64,000 nucleotides of DNA. It comes from Opitutaceae bacterium (lineage in GTDB: Bacteria; Verrucomicrobiota; Verrucomicrobiia; Opitutales; Opitutaceae). The notes beneath the pieces were generated by a model. The model ran no database searches. It had not been told where the DNA came from and saw only the letters and a list, made by a program, of their open reading frames with translations. Below are positions 59,078 through 64,000 of this stretch, piece by piece. Positions within the stretch are counted from its first letter, which is position 1. The number at the start of each line of letters is the position of its first letter. Made by a program: the position numbers and the translations under genes. The stretch is taken from contig DATHNW010000008.1 in NCBI GenBank assembly GCA_035485575.1, positions 18,894 through 82,893 of the forward strand. The letters run 5' to 3'.

Positions 59078-59211
59078 TCAGGCAACAGCACAGCGCATAC
59101 CATTCCTCTCCATGTCCGGCTCGTACATTCAGTATCAGCCCTTCTTAACTCACTCCCGCACAGCAGTAGGCTCTGGCATCAAACGGCGGCGATGACTGAT
59201 CCCGCGTCAAC

Positions 59212-60198
59212 TCAGCCCCGGCTCCACTCCAGCATGCGCTGGATGGGCACGAGGGCCTGGCTGCGCACCGGTTCGGGTACGTCGATTTCCGGCGCGAGAT
59301 TTTTCAGCGCGTCGCGCACTTTCTCAATGGTGTTCATTTTCATGAACCGGCAGTCGTTGCAGGCGCAGGTGTCGGTCGGCCCGGCGATGAAGGTTTTGTC
59401 CGGCACCTCGCGGCGCAGGCGGTGGAGCATGCCGCTTTCGGTCACGACGATGATTTCCCGGGCGGGATGTTCGCGCGAAAATTTCACCATGAGCTCCGTG
59501 CTGCACACCTCGTCGGCGATGTCGCGCACGGCTTGCACGCACTCGGGGTGGGCGACGACGGGTGCGCCGGGAAACCGGGCGCGGATCTTCTCGATCGCGT
59601 GCACGGTGAACTGCACGTGGGCGTAGCAATTGCCCGGCCAGAGGCGCATCTTGCGGCCGGTTTTTTGCGCGACCCACTGGCCGAGGTTCTGGTCGGGAAC
59701 GAACAGGATCTCGCGATCGGCGGGCACGCGGTTGACGATTTTCACGGCATTGCCGCTCGTGCAGATGACGTCGCTGAGCGCCTTCACCCCGGCGGAGCAG
59801 TTGATGTAGGCGACGACGTAAACCTCGGGGTGCGCCGCCTTGTAAGCTGCGAGGCGCTCGGCCGGGCAGGAGTCGGAAAGCGAACAGCCGGCGTTGAGGT
59901 CGGGCAGAAGCACGGTGCGCGCGGGGTTCACGATCTTCGCGGTCTCGGCCATAAAGTGCACGCCGCAGAAAAGGATCACCTCGGCTTTGGCCGCCTGCGC
60001 CTGGTAGGAGAGGCCGAGCGAGTCGCCCACGTAGTCGGCCACGCGCTGGATGGACTCGACCTGGTAGTTGTGCGCGAGGATGACGGCGTTGCGCGCGCGC
60101 TTGAATGCGAGGATTTCCTCCTGGATCGGCGTGAGCGGCTCGGGCGCGCCGGTGCGCGGTGGCAGGACGAGCGGTTCGTAGTCGAGGACGACAGGCAT
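59212..60198 (-). CDS. nadA: quinolinate synthase
   Basis: About 328 aa from MPVVLDY. Motifs ILAH.YQ, DSL.LS, HFMAE.AK, and Cys ligands (C..HV..., ACNDCRFMK). Confidence 0.9.
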   Translation of the reverse strand: MPVVLDYEPLVLPPRTGAPEPLTPIQEEILAFKRARNAVILAHNYQVESIQRVADYVGDSLGLSYQAQAAKAEVILFCGVHFMAETAKIVNPARTVLLPDLNAGCSLSDSCPAERLAAYKAAHPEVYVVAYINCSAGVKALSDVICTSGNAVKIVNRVPADREILFVPDQNLGQWVAQKTGRKMRLWPGNCYAHVQFTVHAIEKIRARFPGAPVVAHPECVQAVRDIADEVCSTELMVKFSREHPAREIIVVTESGMLHRLRREVPDKTFIAGPTDTCACNDCRFMKMNTIEKVRDALKNLAPEIDVPEPVRSQALVPIQRMLEWSRG

Positions 60199-60279
60199 GG
60201 GGAAAGTTAGCGCGAAGATGCCGGGACGCAAAGGCGCGGGGATAATTTTGAGGCGGCCCCCGTGCCTTCTGGTCGAAAC

Positions 60280-60654
60280 TCAGTCCTGCGGCTTGAGCTT
60301 GGCGAGCAGCTTCTTGAAAGCCGGCGATTTTTTCAGGCCTTCCAGATCGGGATCCTGCTGCATCCAGTCGGCGTCATTATATCCGAGCGAAATAGCGTGC
60401 TCAAGCGAGCGGAGGGCGTCGGCGTTGCGTTTCACGAGCGCGAGGCTGCAGGCGAGGTTGTAGTGCGCCGTGGCGTTGTCGGGCTCCAGGCGCACGAGCT
60501 TGCGGTCCATGCGCAGGCCGTCGTTGACGCGGCCGGTTTTCGTGTAGAGCCCGCCGAGGATTTCGATCACGTCGGTGTAGCGCGGGTCGCGGCGATGGAC
60601 CGATTCGAAAAATTTTATGTCGAACTCCGGGTCGGATTTTTTTTGCGAGGACAT
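60280..60654 (-). CDS. small TPR-repeat protein
   Basis: 124 aa from the ATG at 60654. TPR-like helices (A.YNLACSLAL..) and a C-terminal D.DL..L...P.F..L pattern. Confidence 0.6.
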   Translation of the reverse strand: MSSQKKSDPEFDIKFFESVHRRDPRYTDVIEILGGLYTKTGRVNDGLRMDRKLVRLEPDNATAHYNLACSLALVKRNADALRSLEHAISLGYNDADWMQQDPDLEGLKKSPAFKKLLAKLKPQD

Positions 60655-60668
60655 GGTCGGAGGAAAGA

Positions 60669-61130
60669 CTAATTGCGGTTCTTGCACGCACCGGTCAGGC
60701 GGAGGGTGTTGCAATGCGCGCTCACCTGCAGGCGCTGCGACACGGGCGTGAGGTTGAGCTTGGACGACACGGTGCTGCCGTACCACTCCATGAAAGGGGC
60801 GCTGATCTCGAAGATCTTCTCGCAGTCGAGGCAGATGACCTGGGCCTGCTGCGTGGAGTTTTCGCGGTTGGGCACGTAGTATTTTTCGCCCGCGCCGATG
60901 TCCACCTCGCGCAGCAGGGAGCTTTCGGTCATGATGGGCAGCGTGCGGTAAACCGTCGCGCGCGAGACCGAGTCGTCGATGGCGCGGGCGTGGTCGAGCA
61001 GCTCCTCGGCGGTGAAATGCTCCTTCTGCGCGAAGGCCGCGTCGAAGATGGCCAGCCGCTGGTTGGTGACGCGCAGACCCTTGTTGGCGAGGTAGGTTTT
61101 AAACTTTTCGCAGGCCGCGTTGATGCTCAC
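60669..61130 (-). CDS. fur: Fur-family transcriptional repressor
   Basis: Contains GLR.T.QR..I, ATVYRTL and C..C...... metal sites. The start is uncertain: the GTG at 61130 gives about 153 aa; the track start is the GTG at 61199. Confidence 0.8.
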   Translation of the reverse strand: MSINAACEKFKTYLANKGLRVTNQRLAIFDAAFAQKEHFTAEELLDHARAIDDSVSRATVYRTLPIMTESSLLREVDIGAGEKYYVPNRENSTQQAQVICLDCEKIFEISAPFMEWYGSTVSSKLNLTPVSQRLQVSAHCNTLRLTGACKNRN

Positions 61131-61216
61131 GCCGCAAATGTCGGCAGCGCCCCGGGGCCTGTCAATCCGTTCGTGTCGCGCTTGCCTGTGGGCGCCCACC
61201 GCGCCATGACCGCCTC

Positions 61217-63454
61217 ATGATCGTCGGCGTGCACCCGCTCGCGGGCTTCGACAAACTGCTGCACTACCGCGTGCCCGAGGCGCTGCGCGGGAGTGTCGGC
61301 GTGGGTTCGCTGGTGCGCGTGCCGCTGCTCAACCGCCACCATCTGGGGATCGTCGCCGAAATTGGTGAGCCGCGGGATTTTCCGCTGGATAAGCTGAAGA
61401 CGCTCTTGCAGGCGGTGTACCCGTTTCCCGCGCTGCCGCCCGACCTGCTCGAACTCGCCCGCTGGCTGGCAAACTACTATGCCGCGCCGCTCGACCTGGT
61501 CATTGAAACGATGCTGCCCGCCGCGGTGCGCCGCGGCGCGAGCCTCAAGCAGGAAAAATTCCTCGCATTTGCCCAGCGGCTCTCCGCGGAGGAGTTGACG
61601 AAGCTTGAAAAACGCGCACCGCAGCAGGCGCGGCTCTATCAATTCCTGGAGCAGCAGTTCCGTCCGCAAAAGAAATCGCTCGTGCTCAGCCGTCTCGGCC
61701 TGACCGCCGCCGTTGCCGCCGCCCTCGTGAAGCGCGGTGCGGCGCGGGAGGAGACGCGCCGGGTCGAACGTGTGGCCTATGCCGACGAGTGGGCGCACGG
61801 CGAACTCGTGGCGGCGCAGCCGCTGGCGCTCAACGCCGAGCAAGGCATGGTGGTGGAGGCCGTGGCGGCGGGCCTGGACGAAGGAAAGTTCTGCACGCAC
61901 CTGCTGCACGGTGTCACCGGCTCGGGCAAGACCGAGGTGTACCTGCGGGCGATCGAGCGCGTGCTCGCGGGCGGCGGCGGGGTGGTTTTCCTCGTGCCCG
62001 AGGTCGCGCTCACCCCGCAGACCGTCGCGCGCCTGCGCAGCCGGCTGGGGGCCATCGCGCCCGGCCACGCGACCGTCGTCTGGCACAGCCATTTGAGCGA
62101 AGGCGAACGGCTCGACGGCTGGCTGGCGCTGGCGACGGGCGAGGCGAGGGTGGTCGTGGGCGCCCGCTCGGCTGTTTTCGCGCCCGTGCAAAATCTCCGG
62201 CTCATCGTCGTCGATGAGGAACATGAGCCGGCCTACAAGCAGGACGAGACCCCGCGCTACCATGGGCGCGATGTCGCCGTGATGCGGGCGAAACTCGCGG
62301 GTGCGATGTGCCTGCTGGGCTCGGCCACGCCTTCCCTCGAAAGCTACGCCAATGCCCAGGCCGGCAAATACCACCTGCACACGCTGCCGCACCGGGTGGA
62401 CGAAAAAAAGATGCCGATCATCGACGTCGTGGACATGCGCATCGAGGTCATGCGCTCGCGCGGGCTGACGACGCTTTCGCGCCGGCTGGTCGAGGAGATG
62501 CAGGCGCGCTTCGAGCGGCGCGAGCAGACGATCCTGTTCATCAACCGCCGCGGCTATTCGTCCTCGATGCTCTGCGTGAAATGCGGCCACGTCGAGGAGT
62601 GCACGCATTGCAGCATCGCGCTGACGTACCACCGCACCGACGAGACGCTGCGCTGCCATCTTTGCGGCGACCAGCGGCCCGCGCCGGCGCGCTGTCCCAG
62701 CTGCGGCGCGCCGGAGATCCGCTGGCGCGGCCTTGGCACCCAGCGCGTCGAGGAGGCGGTCCGCCGCGTGCTGCCGCGCGCGCATATCGAGCGCATGGAC
62801 GCCGACACGATGGGCAAAAAAAACCGCTTCCGGCAGATCCTGGGCGATTTTCGCCTCGGCAAGATCGACGTGCTGGTCGGCACGCAGATGATCGGCAAGG
62901 GACTGGATTTTCCTAACGTCACGCTGGTCGGCCTTGTCGACGCCGACCTCTCGATGCACGTGCCTGACTTCCGTGCCAACGAGCGCACATTCCAGCTCCT
63001 CGTGCAGGTCGCCGGCCGCGCCGGCCGCGGCGACCGTGCGGGCGAGGTCGTGGTGCAGACCTTCACGCCCCAGTCGGAGCCGGTCCAGTTTTCCCGCCAG
63101 GCCGACTATGCGGGCTTCGCGGCGGCCGAGCTGAAGTTGCGGCGTGAATACGGATATCCGCCGTTCCGGCACCTGATCCACCATCTCTTCCGCGGGCCCA
63201 ATCCGGAGAAGCTGAAGTTTTTTGCGGAGCAGTGGGCGCGGCTGGTGGAGAAAACCTTCGCCGGCCGCGTCGAGCTGCGCGGCCCCGCGCCCGCGCCCAT
63301 CGAGAAAATCAAGGACGAGTACCGGTTTCAGCTCTGGTATTTCACCCACTCGGTGACGAAGCTCGTGCCCGAACTGGCGAAGCTCCGCGCCGGTTTTTCC
63401 TGGCCGGACGACCTGGTGCAGGTGCTCGACGTGGATCCGGCGAATCTGGTCTAG
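61217..63454 (+). CDS. priA: primosomal replication restart helicase PriA
   Basis: 745 aa. Walker A GVTGSGKTEVY, DEEH box, and a Cys-rich Zn region (C..CG....C..C...L..H.....L.CH.CG). The C-terminus is typical of PriA. Confidence 0.93.
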   Translation: MIVGVHPLAGFDKLLHYRVPEALRGSVGVGSLVRVPLLNRHHLGIVAEIGEPRDFPLDKLKTLLQAVYPFPALPPDLLELARWLANYYAAPLDLVIETMLPAAVRRGASLKQEKFLAFAQRLSAEELTKLEKRAPQQARLYQFLEQQFRPQKKSLVLSRLGLTAAVAAALVKRGAAREETRRVERVAYADEWAHGELVAAQPLALNAEQGMVVEAVAAGLDEGKFCTHLLHGVTGSGKTEVYLRAIERVLAGGGGVVFLVPEVALTPQTVARLRSRLGAIAPGHATVVWHSHLSEGERLDGWLALATGEARVVVGARSAVFAPVQNLRLIVVDEEHEPAYKQDETPRYHGRDVAVMRAKLAGAMCLLGSATPSLESYANAQAGKYHLHTLPHRVDEKKMPIIDVVDMRIEVMRSRGLTTLSRRLVEEMQARFERREQTILFINRRGYSSSMLCVKCGHVEECTHCSIALTYHRTDETLRCHLCGDQRPAPARCPSCGAPEIRWRGLGTQRVEEAVRRVLPRAHIERMDADTMGKKNRFRQILGDFRLGKIDVLVGTQMIGKGLDFPNVTLVGLVDADLSMHVPDFRANERTFQLLVQVAGRAGRGDRAGEVVVQTFTPQSEPVQFSRQADYAGFAAAELKLRREYGYPPFRHLIHHLFRGPNPEKLKFFAEQWARLVEKTFAGRVELRGPAPAPIEKIKDEYRFQLWYFTHSVTKLVPELAKLRAGFSWPDDLVQVLDVDPANLV

Positions 63455-63639
63455 ACTAGAATTTGCAATTACCCGCTCGATTAATGCTAGTCCACTGGGT
63501 TGAGATTTTCGTCTAACTAGCATAACTGACCAGCTCCGGTTGCCGCTAGCACTTCGAACTTCACCCTGCTCCCGTGATGTTTTGTGATTTCGGCTTTCTC
63601 GCGCGGCCGGGCGATTGCCCGCAATACTTCCACAAATCC

Positions 63640-64000
63640 ATGAAAAATATCCTCGAAAGACTGTCGTCATCCGAATGCCACGTGAAGCGAGCCATGCTTG
63701 GCGGGCTCATTGCCGTCTCTCTGGCCGGCCCGGCCCGGGCGGAGGTGCTGCTGGAGACGGGCGACGGGCAGGTGCGCCTCGAGGACGGCCATTTGCAGCT
63801 GCTGCACGGTGGCACGCTGGCGGCGGACGTGCAGTCGATCGACTTCAATTTCAAGGCGCCCAAATCACTGGCGGTCGGGACACGAGCGGCGGACCACGTC
63901 ACGCTGCACGCTGTTTATCCCTCGGCGGCCAAATACCGCGATGAAATCGGCGACCTGCCGGTTGACATCGAAATCGAGGCGGTCGCGGGCGGCTTCCGGT
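63640..64000 (+). CDS. partial (5' end) secreted hypothetical protein, running off the window
   Basis: My translation from the ATG at 63640 is open to the window end: MKNILERLSSSECHVKRAMLGGLIAVSLAGPARAEVLL.. (signal-peptide-like). It is absent from the track because it has no stop codon. Confidence 0.45.
   Translation, partial: MKNILERLSSSECHVKRAMLGGLIAVSLAGPARAEVLLETGDGQVRLEDGHLQLLHGGTLAADVQSIDFNFKAPKSLAVGTRAADHVTLHAVYPSAAKYRDEIGDLPVDIEIEAVAGGFR

Noticed and set aside
61127-63670. 847-aa minus-strand ORF opposite priA
   Set aside because: It is a shadow ORF. priA on the plus strand carries helicase and Zn-finger motifs.

Overview
High-GC (roughly mid-60s % by eye) bacterial chromosomal segment, densely packed with housekeeping genes on both strands. 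The gene flavour would fit Verrucomicrobiota/Opitutales, but that is a guess I cannot verify. Recognisable genes include comF-accD-folC, guaB, menC-menE plus a thioesterase, PolX, an EPS-type sugar transferase with ExeA/GspB-like partners, a UDP-sugar pyrophosphorylase plus phosphomutase, a pdhA/pdhB/E2 operon, hisG, aguB-aguA, rpsA, rpoD, trpE, glmS, glgC, lgt, gcvT-gcvH, typA, hemW, nadA, fur and priA. I found no rRNA, tRNA or CRISPR array. Many long ORFs in the six-frame track are antisense shadows of real genes, as expected at this GC content. Several listed starts are TTG/GTG extensions, and I trimmed those to the first plausible ATG. The main item is a ~3.7 kb lower-GC island (46265-49987) between gcvH and typA. 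It carries a 514-aa reverse transcriptase that is not of the group II intron, retron or DGR type (UG/Abi 'defence-associated RT' architecture). Four small same-strand ORFs follow it: two multi-TM proteins, a DUF3052-like protein and a SHOCT+PH-like protein. Each gene is followed by a member of one family of imperfect-palindromic 50-105 nt repeats. Their ends match the integron attC R''/R' consensus (RYYYAAC ... GTTRRRY), and no integrase is present in the window, so this is a CALIN-like candidate. Other notable items: a small low-GC island with OsmC, a decayed DUF4160 gene and a DUF2442 gene between rpsA and rpoD; a low-GC 4-TM gene wedged inside the pdh operon; a long, divergent adenylosuccinate-synthetase-like gene with an altered catalytic motif; a rhombosortase next to a GlyGly-CTERM S53 peptidase; and several structured or palindromic intergenic elements.
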